Assembly (NCBI GenBank): GCA_040830765.1 | Contig: JBFOMH010000021.1 | Coordinates: 64,001 to 128,000, forward strand | Direction: 5' to 3' | DNA: 64,000 nucleotides | Origin: Puniceicoccaceae bacterium | Lineage (GTDB): Bacteria > Verrucomicrobiota > Verrucomicrobiia > Opitutales > Oceanipulchritudinaceae | Shown here: one piece after another, positions 8,912-19,209 of the stretch | How positions within the stretch are numbered: position 1 is the first letter of the stretch | Layout of the letters: every line of letters starts with the position of its first letter | Made by a program: the position numbers and the translations under genes | The notes under the pieces: model-generated | The model's database searches: none | What the model saw: the letters and a program-made list of their open reading frames with translations, nothing else | What the model was told of the DNA's origin: nothing

Positions 8912-10429
8912 TTAACCGCGGCGACGATTCTTGAGGGCGTCCCGGATCTGGTTCAGGTAGGCCTGGACATTCTCATGATACTCCAGTCCTTGGGCTGTTT
9001 CCAGAAGGTCGGCTGCCTGGTCCAGTTCATTGCGCTGCACCCGAAGCTGGGCTTCCCCGATGTAGGCGCGGCGGCGGTCCATCAAGTCATCGAGGTTTTG
9101 CGCCCGCTCATAATAGAGAATAGCGCGTTGCTCGTATTCCCTCTTGAGGCGAGTCCGCTCAATCTCATCAGTGACGGTGGCTTCCGCCTCGAGGTCACCA
9201 TAGTAGCGGGCAAGGTTGAGAAGGGCCCGGCCATTGAAAGCGTCCCGCTTGAGGAGGGCTTCCAGGTTGGCTGCCGCTTCAGCACCCTTGCCAAGGGAAA
9301 TGTTGATTTCCGAGCTCAGGGAAAGGAGTTCAATTTCGTCCTCCTCGTCCATGTTGCCCTTGTAGACAGCCTGGATTTTCTCGATGACGGCCATGCCTTG
9401 TTCATAGGCGATGTAATTGTTGAGCGACTTGGCTGCACCAATGAAGGAATTGAGGTAAGCCTGCGAGGGTTCCATGGCGATGGCCTCGAGATAGACTTCG
9501 GTGGCCTCGTCGACCATATCCTTGTTCATGTAGACGTCACCCAGGAGCATCAGCGAAGGAACATTGGACTTGCCCATGAAGCGGACAATTTCCAGGTTTC
9601 GCGCAGCCTGGTCGATTTCCTCGAGGGCAATGTAGCAGTTGGCCTGGGCCATCCAGAAGGTGGGTTCGTTCGGACTGCGTTGCAGCATTTCGGCAAAGAT
9701 TTCCTTGGCTTCGGCATAGCGTTCCTGCTGCAGCAGGACGTTGCCCAGGAGTTGCTTGAACTGCGGAATGGAGGGATTGATCATGAGGCTGTTGCGCAGG
9801 GCGGATTCAGCGGAAACCAACTTGCCTTCCTCCATGTAGATAGCCCCGAGAATACCGAAGGACACGGCATCCCGGTCGCCCAGTTCGATGGCCTTGACGA
9901 AGTGCACCTTGGCTTCCTCCGCCTTGTCATTGCGGAAGAGCAGGTTGGCAAGATTCTTGTGGGCCCGCTTGAAGTTCGGAAATCCGGTGTTCGGGTCAAT
10001 GGCCCGCTTCAGGTAGCGCTCGGCCCGGGCGATAGACTGTTTGGAACGTGCCTCGTCCTTGGTCACTTCCGCGTTCCGCATTTCCAGGGTGCCGGCAATC
10101 TGCAGCATCATCGGGCTGGTTACTGTTCCTGCGGCCTGTTGCTCACGGATGAGGGCCTCGACCGCTCCAACGGCTGCCCGGAGGTCAGCATCCGCTCCGG
10201 TTTGCAGGAGGTCGCGTACCTGTCCAAGCACTTCCCGTTCACGCGGATCTTCGGGGATACCGGGTTCAACGCCTGTATCGACTCCGTAGTAGCCCATGAA
10301 GGCCTGTTGCCATTCCTTGGTGGCGTAGAAGGCCAGGGCGGGTGCAGCGTCCACGTCAATGACTTGCTTCTGGGCCTGGACTGCAACGCAGGCCCCAGCG
10401 AGGGTTATGAGGGTGATGATTCGTTTCAT
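8912..10429 (-). CDS. Exported tetratricopeptide-repeat protein (TtpD-like partner of TonB2-type system)
   Basis: Sec signal peptide (MKRIITLITLAGACVAVQA); many TPR-like helical repeats; last gene of the ttpB/C-exbB-exbD-tonB run. Confidence 0.78.
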   Translation of the reverse strand: MKRIITLITLAGACVAVQAQKQVIDVDAAPALAFYATKEWQQAFMGYYGVDTGVEPGIPEDPREREVLGQVRDLLQTGADADLRAAVGAVEALIREQQAAGTVTSPMMLQIAGTLEMRNAEVTKDEARSKQSIARAERYLKRAIDPNTGFPNFKRAHKNLANLLFRNDKAEEAKVHFVKAIELGDRDAVSFGILGAIYMEEGKLVSAESALRNSLMINPSIPQFKQLLGNVLLQQERYAEAKEIFAEMLQRSPNEPTFWMAQANCYIALEEIDQAARNLEIVRFMGKSNVPSLMLLGDVYMNKDMVDEATEVYLEAIAMEPSQAYLNSFIGAAKSLNNYIAYEQGMAVIEKIQAVYKGNMDEEDEIELLSLSSEINISLGKGAEAAANLEALLKRDAFNGRALLNLARYYGDLEAEATVTDEIERTRLKREYEQRAILYYERAQNLDDLMDRRRAYIGEAQLRVQRNELDQAADLLETAQGLEYHENVQAYLNQIRDALKNRRRG

Positions 10430-10452
10430 GGGAAATCTCTTATGTATAGGTT

Positions 10453-11109
10453 CTAGCGGTTAAATTTGAAGGGAATGGGAAGGCGGACCCAAACGTTCAC
10501 GGCCTTGCCATCCTTTTCACCGGGTTCAAAGCGCCATTTGCGGACAGCCCGGATGGCTGGTTCCTCAAAGGCGGGATTGTCGGAGCGCTCCACGGTAATC
10601 CTCGACGTTGTCCCATCCGCACGGACGGCGAATTTGAGGACAACGGTCCCGGAGATACCTGCCCGACGCAGTTCCGGTGGATAGGTCGGGGAGGGCCGGG
10701 AAATCGGCCGCGGAGGCTGAGTCAGGTCAGACAGTTCGTAGATGATATCATCCAGCTGATCCCCGACATTGATAGTGGGGACAGTGAAGTCCGAACTGGC
10801 AATACCCGAGAGGTCGGCGCTCATGGACAACTCCAATTGTTCCAGGGTCGGAGGTTCACGATTCTGTTCGATCTCCTCGATGTCTTCATCCTGGTCCTCC
10901 TCTTCCGGAGGCGGCGGTTGCTCCATCATCGTGGGTGGTTTCATTTCCACCACATCCACTTCGGCCCGGTCGCGGCCACCGAATTCGGTTATCAATTGGC
11001 TGATCGGCAAGGCCAGCAATACGGCAGCCATGAAGACAAAGCCGGTCAGTAATGACCGTGGAATCTCTGTCTTGAGATCGGGTGGCTGGTTAATGTGTTT
11101 GTTGGGCAT
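10453..11109 (-). CDS. tonB: Energy transducer TonB
   Basis: N-terminal TM, Pro-rich linker, TonB_C YPPELRRAGISGTVVLKF...AVRKWRFEPG. Confidence 0.9.
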   Translation of the reverse strand: MPNKHINQPPDLKTEIPRSLLTGFVFMAAVLLALPISQLITEFGGRDRAEVDVVEMKPPTMMEQPPPPEEEDQDEDIEEIEQNREPPTLEQLELSMSADLSGIASSDFTVPTINVGDQLDDIIYELSDLTQPPRPISRPSPTYPPELRRAGISGTVVLKFAVRADGTTSRITVERSDNPAFEEPAIRAVRKWRFEPGEKDGKAVNVWVRLPIPFKFNR

Positions 11110-11119
11110 GCTCGAAATT

Positions 11120-11533
11120 CTAGGGGGATTCAGTTGAAATGCTCACCACGGAAGGTGGATTCGCCAGTTTGCACTCGTCGATCACGCGGATGACAATACC
11201 AGCAGGGGCGGCACGGTCAGCCTGCAGGATGACGGGCATGAACTGGTTGTCCGCGGTGAGACGCTTGACTACGCCCCGGACGCCAACAACCCCGATATTG
11301 GACCCTCCATAGACCACTTCCCCGTCCGGGGTAATGGCGATGAGGATGGAATTCTTTTCCAAATCGAGGGAAGAGAGGGCAAATTCGCGCTCCACCTCGA
11401 CACCCGGTTCCTGCACGAAGACCGTCGTGACAATGAAGAAAATCAGCAGGATGAAGACCATATCAATCATCGGGGAGATGTTGATATCGCTCATTTCCGC
11501 TTCGTCTTGCAGAATACTTCCACGCTTACTCAT
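11120..11533 (-). CDS. exbD: Biopolymer transport protein ExbD/TolR
   Basis: INISPMIDMVFILLIFFIVTT with the conserved TM Asp; VILQADR. Confidence 0.92.
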   Translation of the reverse strand: MSKRGSILQDEAEMSDINISPMIDMVFILLIFFIVTTVFVQEPGVEVEREFALSSLDLEKNSILIAITPDGEVVYGGSNIGVVGVRGVVKRLTADNQFMPVILQADRAAPAGIVIRVIDECKLANPPSVVSISTESP

Positions 11534-12195
11534 CGGGCGTCCTCCAGTTTGTGGACCCGTTGTACGACCGTCGTTTCCAGCTCAGCCAGAAAGGCGAGGT
11601 AGGTATTCCGGGAACGGATGACCAGGGAAATGAAAATATAGCCCGGGATGGCAATCATGAGACCGGTCTGCGTCGTGATGAGGGCCACCCGGATACCTTC
11701 GGCAACCAGGTCCACCGCCTGCCCGGAGGCCGTTGCCAGCCCGCGGAAGGTAGTTAGCATCCCGATGACCGTTCCCAACAGCCCCATCAGGGGAGCGATG
11801 GTGACAAGGATGCTTAGCACGACGATTCGGTTGTTGATGTCCGGCAGGAGCTTCGACTTGACCGCCTCCACGCGGAGGATGGCGTCATCGGAGCGAATCC
11901 CGTCGCCGACAACGAAACGGATGACATCCCCGATATGGCCTGAGCCCTTGGAGGGATTATCAATCCAGTCCGACCAGACGGAACGGGGGGTCTTCTTGAT
12001 TTTCGCCTTCCCCAAACGGAGAATAAGGGCCATCGCCTCGAAGTAAATGAGGAGGGCCAGTGCAGCCAGCGGGATCATCAGCCAGCCGCCCTCGACCCAG
12101 GTTTGCCAGACAAAGCTGACAAACTCACCGGGGGACATGCCACCGGATGATCGGAGGGCCTCTGTGGCGTTTTCCATGTTAGCAGGATCTGACAT
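11530..12195 (-). CDS. exbB: MotA/TolQ/ExbB proton channel protein
   Basis: GGWLMIPL; APLMGLLGTVIGM; GIRVALITTQTGL. Confidence 0.9.
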   Translation of the reverse strand: MSDPANMENATEALRSSGGMSPGEFVSFVWQTWVEGGWLMIPLAALALLIYFEAMALILRLGKAKIKKTPRSVWSDWIDNPSKGSGHIGDVIRFVVGDGIRSDDAILRVEAVKSKLLPDINNRIVVLSILVTIAPLMGLLGTVIGMLTTFRGLATASGQAVDLVAEGIRVALITTQTGLMIAIPGYIFISLVIRSRNTYLAFLAELETTVVQRVHKLEDAR

Positions 12196-12230
12196 GAGAT
12201 CGTTTCCTGGAGTTCGGGGAAAAGACCCCG

Positions 12231-13631
12231 TTATTGCTCGGTGGATTCCCCGCGCATTTCAGCAACACCATTGATGAAGCTGACCGCGGCCTGTTCCATG
12301 CTTCCGACGACTCCCTTGGCCTTCCGGTTGAGGAGCGCGTGCATGATCAGGGTTGGGATGGCCACAATCAGACCCCACTTGGTCGTGATCAGGGCCTCGG
12401 AGATACCGGAGGAAAGGTTCCTGGCATCACCCGTACCAACGATGGTGATGAGCTTGAAGGTCTTGATCATCCCGGTAACGGTACCAAGCAGACCCAGCAG
12501 CGGGGCTGTGGCAGCAACAACCGCAATAAACGGCAGGAAGCGCTCCAGCTTGGGCTGGGTCTTGATGATGTTCTCATAGAGGACTTCCTCAATAACTTCA
12601 CGGTCTTCCGAGGAGTTCTCCACGGCGGCGCAAAGCATTTCACCAACTGGTCCGCCAACGGATTTGGCGTGGGCCATGGCGGCGTCACTGTTTTCACCCC
12701 GTAAATGGTCGAGGATGACATCGATATCCTTGGCGTTGGCCGCCTTGACCCGGAACAGCTCGAGGGCCTTGAAGAGGGCGATAAGGATAGCCAGGGTGAA
12801 GAGGCCGAGAATCGGATACATGACAAAACCACCAAGCGCCCATTCCTCGAGCAGGGTGATGTCGTGGGTAATGCCTTCGAGGGCTTCCCCATCGGTAGTA
12901 TCCACAGGAATCATGCCGCTGCCGGAATTGGCTGTGGTGCTGATGCCTTCCGCGTACTCGGGGAGGGGATAGATGTTGGCGCGGTTTTCCCGCATTCCGT
13001 TGGTGATTCCGACATCGCCTTCCGCATCCGTGAAGTAGGATACGGGGCCAATGAGGGCGAAGGTGCCTTCCTTGAGGGTGCCCTCGACGATCGCCGGGCC
13101 CTGGTAGGTGTCACCACCAATGACACGGGCCACCCGGGCAAGGGACATTTCCACGATTTTCAGCTGGTTGCTGAAAATCGTTGCATCGTCGGCCTTCTCT
13201 TCAGATTCGAGGAAAGCCAGGGATTCGCGGATGGAGCCCGTGTAAACCGGGATTTCTGAAGGATCGATCGTCAACTCAAGACGACGGATGTACTCGTTGA
13301 GCAGGGTCGACTGAATGTAATTGTTGGTATCGATGACACTCTGCTTTTCCTTTTCCAGCTGGCTGACTTCGACATCGAAGCCGGCCTTGATACGGGCCGC
13401 GTTGGAGGCCTCATCACGCAGTCGGAGCGCAGTGGCTTCGACTTCGTCCAATTGAGCGCCCAGCTTGGGGCGCTTGTCATTGACTTCCGCCTGGATGACA
13501 TCGAGCTCATCGAGAGCTTTCTCGAGGCGCTGGTTGGCTTCTGAGGAAGCCTTGACGAAGGCCCGGGCATCGCTTTGGGCATTCAGCCCTGCGACAGCCA
13601 TCAGGAGTAAAAATGTTACGGTCTTTTTCAT
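12231..13631 (-). CDS. Large MotA/TolQ/ExbB-family protein with periplasmic coiled-coil N-domain (TtpC-like)
   Basis: Signal peptide, coiled coil, then APLLGLLGTVTGMIKTF...GISEALITTKWGL. Confidence 0.85.
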   Translation of the reverse strand: MKKTVTFLLLMAVAGLNAQSDARAFVKASSEANQRLEKALDELDVIQAEVNDKRPKLGAQLDEVEATALRLRDEASNAARIKAGFDVEVSQLEKEKQSVIDTNNYIQSTLLNEYIRRLELTIDPSEIPVYTGSIRESLAFLESEEKADDATIFSNQLKIVEMSLARVARVIGGDTYQGPAIVEGTLKEGTFALIGPVSYFTDAEGDVGITNGMRENRANIYPLPEYAEGISTTANSGSGMIPVDTTDGEALEGITHDITLLEEWALGGFVMYPILGLFTLAILIALFKALELFRVKAANAKDIDVILDHLRGENSDAAMAHAKSVGGPVGEMLCAAVENSSEDREVIEEVLYENIIKTQPKLERFLPFIAVVAATAPLLGLLGTVTGMIKTFKLITIVGTGDARNLSSGISEALITTKWGLIVAIPTLIMHALLNRKAKGVVGSMEQAAVSFINGVAEMRGESTEQ

Positions 13632-13653
13632 CAGTAAATCTCCTCGGGAATAA

Positions 13654-14433
13654 TTAGTTGCCGATTGTCAGGTTCTGGACTTCTACCGGGAGGTCGACCA
13701 GCATGGCGGGCTTGATGTCCCCGTTGTAGTACTGGATGGCCATCCGGATGCTTCCGGCGAGGTCATTGCGCTCAGCCCATTGCCAGTCACCGGCAGCTGG
13801 GGTTCCGACACCACCAATACTGCCTTCGCTGTCCGCGTAGTAGGCTACGGCGAGGCCGAGATAGATAACGTCAACCAGCTTTGTTTCCCCGCTGGGGAGC
13901 TTCTTTTCAAAGCTGTCGAAGTTGAAATCGGAATTGAACTTGTCGACTTCGTTGAGGATACCGATGAGAATGGCCATCCGGTCAGCGGAGTTGCGGCTCT
14001 TGCCGAGCTGCTGCACCAGGCGCTCGACCTTGCTTTTCAGCGGTGTGGGGAAGTACTGGTACATTTCCCGCATCTTGTCCTCGAAGGCCGGAAGGGCCTG
14101 ACCAACGATGTCATTGGCGGAACGCAGGACGGCGATTTCCTCCTTAACGGCGGCAATCTGGCGTTCAGCCTGGGTTGTGTCCTTCTCAGCCCGTTCAATC
14201 AACTGGCTGAGCTGGCTGATTTCCCGTTCATAGAGGTCGATCCGGCGTTGGGTCAGTTCCTGGTAGGACTTCCACTCATTCTTGACCCGGGCGATTTCCT
14301 GGCGTGTTTCCACATATTTGGAAATAACTTCCCTTGCTTTCTCGATTTCCTTTTGCACGGCGGCCTCGTCCTGGGCATGGAGGGTGCTTCCAGCAACCAG
14401 TGCGGCCAGACCATAGAGGATTTTCTTATTCAT
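13654..14433 (-). CDS. DUF3450-family exported coiled-coil protein (TtpB-like)
   Basis: Signal peptide, long coiled coil, VDVIYLGLAVAYY...WQW C-terminal motif; first gene of the TonB2-type operon. Confidence 0.75.
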   Translation of the reverse strand: MNKKILYGLAALVAGSTLHAQDEAAVQKEIEKAREVISKYVETRQEIARVKNEWKSYQELTQRRIDLYEREISQLSQLIERAEKDTTQAERQIAAVKEEIAVLRSANDIVGQALPAFEDKMREMYQYFPTPLKSKVERLVQQLGKSRNSADRMAILIGILNEVDKFNSDFNFDSFEKKLPSGETKLVDVIYLGLAVAYYADSEGSIGGVGTPAAGDWQWAERNDLAGSIRMAIQYYNGDIKPAMLVDLPVEVQNLTIGN

Positions 14434-14641
14434 AAGTTTTTTGGTGGTTATTGTTAATTAAAGGGTGGGCGGTAGCGGTCGAATGGCTTGAATTCGATTT
14501 ACAATATAAGTGTTAGGGGGGTTAAGGGTTCGGCACGTTCAATCTTGGGTAGAGGAAGTAAAGTTTTGAAGGCTGAGGGAATCAGGTGTCAACACAAGAC
14601 TGTGGCTGGGAGGCAATATTACCGGTCATCTAGGATTTATC

Positions 14642-16321
14642 CTAATCTGGTCTATTAGATGGGGGAGGCGGGCGTCTGCGACCGCTGCGCAGTATGTCAA
14701 AGGCAACATAGGCGCCGATAGCGGCGGAGAGGACATAACCGATAAGCCCGATGGCAGGAAATCCCCAGAGCAGGGGCTTGATTCCCGTATTGATGACAAT
14801 GGAACTGCCGATGACAAGGGAGCCGATGATAACCGCCAGCGATAACCTGCTAAAGGCGTGGTGAATCGTGTTGGTGGCCCGGTAAACGCCACGGTGCTCC
14901 AGAATGACCGGCAGTTCCCCGTCTTCCATGCGGTGGAGAACCCGCTGGAGATCCTGCGGGAGTTCGCTCAGATGGGTCCACTTTTCGCGCCAATCGGCGA
15001 GGATGGAGCTGGCCAGGTTGCCTGGATTCCAGCGCTCCCAATTCAATTTCTTGATGAAGGGCTCTCCGACTTCGGCGAGGTTAAAGTTCGGATCGAGGAG
15101 GGTGGCGGTCCGTTCGAGGGAAATAATGGCCTTGGCCAGCAGGGTGTAGTCGCGGGCAACATGAATGCCATGGGAACCAAAGACGAAAATCATCTCAAAT
15201 ATGACCCGGCCGATGTTCTCCATCCGCTTGAGGTCGGCATCATACTTGAAAAGGACGGTGGTGACAGCCTTCTCCAGTTTGGTCCGTTGCATCCGGTGAG
15301 GGACCCGGCCCAGTTGCAGGGCAACGCGGGTGACCATGGCGGCGTCCCGTTTGGCGCAGGCGGCAAACAGGTCGATGAGGGCATAGCGCATGCGGCTGGT
15401 CAATTGGCCGGCAAGGCCCCAGTCGAGCAGGCAGAGCCGGCTATCGGGGGTGACGAGGATATTGCCGGGATGGGGGTCCCCGTGGAAAAATCCTGTCATG
15501 ACGATTTGCGAGAAGAAGGAATTCCCGCCAGTCGTGGCAATATCCGAGGCTTCCTCCGGGGAAAAGTGGGTCCTGGCCGGTGTTTTGCCATCAATCCATT
15601 CACTGACCAGCAGGCGTGAGGTGGTGTAGGCCTCGATGACTTCCGGGGCAAAGACCTTCTCCGGGAACTGGTTCAGTGAGTTGAAGACGCTCGCGTTGCG
15701 GGCCTCGATGGCAAAGTTCAGCTCGTCAAGGAGGCCCTGTTTCAGTTCCTCCAGCACCGTGGGCAAATCAAGCGGGCGGAGGGCCTCAATATTCTCATGG
15801 ATCTGCTCGGCCAGCCAGACCATGATTTCCAGATCGGTCCGGATGGGCTTGCGCAGGCCCGGTTTCTGGATTTTGACAGCGACCTCCTGCCCGTTGGTCT
15901 TCAGCCGGGCCCGGTAAATCTGTCCAAGGGAGGCGGAGGCCGAGGGATCCTTGTTGAATTCGGAAAAGACCTCCTCGTAGGGGCAGCCCAGCTCCTTCTC
16001 AAGGGCGGGCCGTATTTTATCAAAATCCAGCGGAGTAATCTGGTCCTGCAGTGCCTCGAGCTCGATTATGAGCTCCATGGGAAGGATATCGGGCCGGGTG
16101 CTGAGGACCTGGCCAATTTTAATGAAGGTCGGGCCCAGTTCCTCGATGGCCAGGCGGATGCGGCGCCAGAGGGAGATCTTTTCGTGGACTGGCGGGACAA
16201 ACCGGGTCAGCCAGGCGGCCGGGAGGTCGGTGTTCTCAAGAATTTGATCAAAGCGATACTTGAGGAGAATCGTGACGATCTCCTTTGCCCGGACAGCATC
16301 CCTGATCAGGTGAAGTTTCAC
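14642..16321 (-). CDS. ABC1/UbiB/AarF family atypical protein kinase
   Basis: ELGPTFIKIGQVLSTRPD, SASLGQIYRA, VAVKIQ, FFHGDPHPGN, LLDWG; two C-terminal TM helices. Confidence 0.9.
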   Translation of the reverse strand: MKLHLIRDAVRAKEIVTILLKYRFDQILENTDLPAAWLTRFVPPVHEKISLWRRIRLAIEELGPTFIKIGQVLSTRPDILPMELIIELEALQDQITPLDFDKIRPALEKELGCPYEEVFSEFNKDPSASASLGQIYRARLKTNGQEVAVKIQKPGLRKPIRTDLEIMVWLAEQIHENIEALRPLDLPTVLEELKQGLLDELNFAIEARNASVFNSLNQFPEKVFAPEVIEAYTTSRLLVSEWIDGKTPARTHFSPEEASDIATTGGNSFFSQIVMTGFFHGDPHPGNILVTPDSRLCLLDWGLAGQLTSRMRYALIDLFAACAKRDAAMVTRVALQLGRVPHRMQRTKLEKAVTTVLFKYDADLKRMENIGRVIFEMIFVFGSHGIHVARDYTLLAKAIISLERTATLLDPNFNLAEVGEPFIKKLNWERWNPGNLASSILADWREKWTHLSELPQDLQRVLHRMEDGELPVILEHRGVYRATNTIHHAFSRLSLAVIIGSLVIGSSIVINTGIKPLLWGFPAIGLIGYVLSAAIGAYVAFDILRSGRRRPPPPSNRPD

Positions 16322-16329
16322 ACCCGGGA

Positions 16330-16647
16330 TCAGGAGTCACTCTCTTTTTCCAGGCCGGCAACCTGTCCTTCCAAGGCCTTGAGACGCTTCTCGATGGACT
16401 CCAGGTCCTTTTTCCAGGCGACCGGCGACTTTTCCAGGAGTTCTTCAAAGAGAGATTTCAGGGAAGACTGGGCTTCCTCAAACTCCTTCTTGCTTTCCTC
16501 GGAAATCTTCTTGGCGGTGTCCTTGGCCTCGTCGGCGGACAGTTTGCCTTTCTCGACCAGTTCCTGAAGGGCGGATTCAATTTTCTCCGCACTGACAACC
16601 GTTGCGCCGATGCCGGCATAGAGGGTTCTTTTTAATGCTTCTATCAT
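16330..16647 (-). CDS. Phasin-family (PhaF/PhaI-like) small coiled-coil protein
   Basis: LYAGIGA...LVEKGKLSADEAK...LEKRLKALE-like pattern; commonly precedes ABC1 kinases. Start chosen at ATG 16647. Confidence 0.72.
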   Translation of the reverse strand: MIEALKRTLYAGIGATVVSAEKIESALQELVEKGKLSADEAKDTAKKISEESKKEFEEAQSSLKSLFEELLEKSPVAWKKDLESIEKRLKALEGQVAGLEKESDS

Positions 16648-16682
16648 AAGAATACTTAGCTTAGAGACAGAATCCCGAAAAA

Positions 16683-17420
16683 TCAATCATTGCTAAGGCT
16701 GTAGACCTCATCCCGGAGAATGAATCCTTCCGAGCCTGAAGATGTCATGACATGGAAAAATCCTTTCTGTTCCCCGATAATACGTATGGGATCGCCCTTG
16801 ATGAGGACGGATTCCCCGGGGCTCTGGTCCGTTGGAGCCACCCGCAGGGATACCAGGGATGAGGAGACGACGGCCCATTCCTTGAACAGCTTGTGTTGGA
16901 TAATGGCGGTCGCGCAAAGACCCATGGCGAGGAGGCAAACCACTCCCATGCTCTTGTTGAACGGGATTCGGAAGCGGACAAAGTCACCATGGAAGAACAA
17001 GATCAGGGCAGCCCAGAAGAGGCCCGCGGCGAGAGCTGTCCACTGCCGCTCCGAAAGCAGGTTGCCAGGGCTGGCCAGCTTGGGGTACTCCTCGGATAGC
17101 CCCATGCGGTTGGCGGCGAGAAGCAGATTGGCCCGTGCTGGTTCCATGTTGGGGTTGAGGGAATAGGCCTTCATGTAGTGAAAAGCGGCTTCGCTCCACT
17201 TGTCCTGCCGGGCGAGGCAATTGCCGAGGTTATAATGGACTTCCGCGGACTGGACTGATTGCAATACTTCCCGATAGGCGGTCTCTGCGGAGATGAAATC
17301 GCCATTCCCATAGGCGATGTTGCCCTTGAGGAAGGTTTCCTCGATGGACTGGGCCCAGACGGGGAGGGCCGCGATGAGAAGGAGCAGGGGGGCGAGTCTG
17401 GATAGGCGTGGGGCTTTCAT
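16683..17420 (-). CDS. batE: BatE-like TPR + SH3 membrane protein
   Basis: Signal peptide, TPR (GNIAYGNGDF...HYNLGNC...ARANL), two TM helices, SH3b-like C-terminus (LRVAP...GSEGFI). Confidence 0.75.
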   Translation of the reverse strand: MKAPRLSRLAPLLLLIAALPVWAQSIEETFLKGNIAYGNGDFISAETAYREVLQSVQSAEVHYNLGNCLARQDKWSEAAFHYMKAYSLNPNMEPARANLLLAANRMGLSEEYPKLASPGNLLSERQWTALAAGLFWAALILFFHGDFVRFRIPFNKSMGVVCLLAMGLCATAIIQHKLFKEWAVVSSSLVSLRVAPTDQSPGESVLIKGDPIRIIGEQKGFFHVMTSSGSEGFILRDEVYSLSND

Positions 17421-17430
17421 GGAGATCGGA

Positions 17431-19206
17431 TTATCGGTTCTGGCGGCTTAATTCCTGGACAACGGAAGCCAATTGTCGATTAAGGGCGTCCAATTCCTCC
17501 GGTGGGATACTAATGCCGGCGAACTGGTGTGCATCGGCCTTGTCAAGGATTGCGGTGACCTTGGTCTGCGTGGACGCCTCAACATTACTGGAGTCGAGTA
17601 TGGCCATGCAGTCAGAAGTGACAAGAGTTTTGGCTTCCACGGGATGGGGAGAAAGGTGGCTGATAGTTTCCTGGAGGGCGAAGCGGGCGGCCTCCAGAAA
17701 ATCCGGAACGTCTCCCTTGCGGGCGGACTCGCGAGCCCGCTGCAGGGCTTTCCTGACCTTGCGGTTGCCACGATGCCGGCGAGCCAATGCGGTGTCTGTC
17801 AAAATCCGCCTCCGCCGCCGGGACCAACCGGCAAGCAGGCCGAGAACCAATCCAGTCCCGAAATTGATCAGCCAGAAGGAGGGTTCCTTCCAGAGTATCG
17901 AGCCGTAGGGGTGAAGGTTGCCGGAGTCCGCCTGAAGGGGAAGAATATTTTCCGGGATGCGGTCTTCCTCCTCTTCCTCATCGCTGGAGAGCCCGGGGAT
18001 GAACGGTGCCGAATCGACCGGCTTGAGGGATGGGGCCACATTGACGGAAACAGCTTCCAGCAGGTCGGTCGCGTAGGTCGCGGTCTGCGGATCAAAGGTG
18101 GCGTATTGAATAGCCGGAATTTCCGTTATCTCTTCCGATTGGGGAATGAGGATGAATTCATAGGATTTGCTGCCCTCGAATCCACGGTCATCTTCCGGGG
18201 TAAAGTCGACCTTTGGGGGATAGATACGCCAGTTATCCCACTCTGGCAGTTCCGGGGGTGAAATCCGATCAAAGTTGCCTTCACCGGAAACGGTCAGGGT
18301 GAGGGTCATCGGCTCACCAACCGTCAGGTCGGTGGAGGAAACCTCGGAGGCAATGGACAACTTCCCGATACCGCCGGTAAAGCCGTCCGGACGGTCATCC
18401 TCCGGTAGGGGAAGGATCTCGGTATTGATTGGCTCCGTGGCCAGGGTGGTGGTTTCAGTCCGGGTCCGGCTCATGCTGAATACACTGGGAAAGCGGCTAT
18501 CGGGGCTGACAATCTGGAGGGCGATATTCTGCCGGAAGCGCAGTTCGGCGGTGCCCGACTTGATGGGAGTGATGAGAATATCCCAGACCAGGGCGTTGTA
18601 GGATTGGCCGTTGTAGGTGATGGTTCCCCGGATGGGATTGTTGTCGAATTCACTGTGGAGGAAGGCATCCCCTTCGCTTTCCGGGAAGGCCACGTTGGCC
18701 AGGTTGAGGTCCCGGCGCACAAGCAAGGCAAGCCGGGCCGGCAGGGCCTGGCCGACATAGTAGGGCGGTTTCTGGATTTCCAGGCGCAGGAGGGCCCGGG
18801 ACTTTGTCTCCTCGTCCATCGGGATGCAGCGAATCTGGACATCAGGGATGGCGATTTCCTCGCCACGGATCTGGATGATTCTGCCGGGAATAGTGTAGGC
18901 ACCGGTTTCAGTCGGCCGGAATGTCCAGCTCAGCTCGGTCTCGACGCTTACCCGGCCATTGATGATCTGCTGATAGGAAGAGGTGGAGGGAGTGGAGTTG
19001 AAGTCCAGTCCGGCGACCCGCGGTGTATTCAGATTGGGAATACTGTCAGTATTGAGGAAGCGAATACTGTAAGTGGCTGCCTGCCCGACCATGACCACTG
19101 ATGGCTTGGCCTCGGCCTGGACAAGTACCGATTGTGACCAAAGTGATGGCGCGGCCAGGGCCAGCAATGGTGCGATGATGTATTGAATTCTGGATACAAA
19201 TGACAT
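17431..19206 (-). CDS. batD: BatD family protein
   Basis: Signal peptide, SSYQQIINGRVS, YYVGQ, FTGGIG, VGEPMTLTLTVSGEGN, FDP, C-terminal TM. Confidence 0.85.
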   Translation of the reverse strand: MSFVSRIQYIIAPLLALAAPSLWSQSVLVQAEAKPSVVMVGQAATYSIRFLNTDSIPNLNTPRVAGLDFNSTPSTSSYQQIINGRVSVETELSWTFRPTETGAYTIPGRIIQIRGEEIAIPDVQIRCIPMDEETKSRALLRLEIQKPPYYVGQALPARLALLVRRDLNLANVAFPESEGDAFLHSEFDNNPIRGTITYNGQSYNALVWDILITPIKSGTAELRFRQNIALQIVSPDSRFPSVFSMSRTRTETTTLATEPINTEILPLPEDDRPDGFTGGIGKLSIASEVSSTDLTVGEPMTLTLTVSGEGNFDRISPPELPEWDNWRIYPPKVDFTPEDDRGFEGSKSYEFILIPQSEEITEIPAIQYATFDPQTATYATDLLEAVSVNVAPSLKPVDSAPFIPGLSSDEEEEEDRIPENILPLQADSGNLHPYGSILWKEPSFWLINFGTGLVLGLLAGWSRRRRRILTDTALARRHRGNRKVRKALQRARESARKGDVPDFLEAARFALQETISHLSPHPVEAKTLVTSDCMAILDSSNVEASTQTKVTAILDKADAHQFAGISIPPEELDALNRQLASVVQELSRQNR

Positions 19207-19209
19207 GGT

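Noticed and set aside
8840..10456. 538-aa plus-strand ORF
   Set aside because: Antisense shadow of the TPR gene with no recognisable motifs; expected from GC-rich codon bias.
14434..14641. 208-nt intergenic region as a riboswitch, sRNA or promoter for the TonB operon
   Set aside because: No recognisable aptamer or Fur box; the minus-strand TTGACA at 14592-14587 lacks a properly spaced -10.
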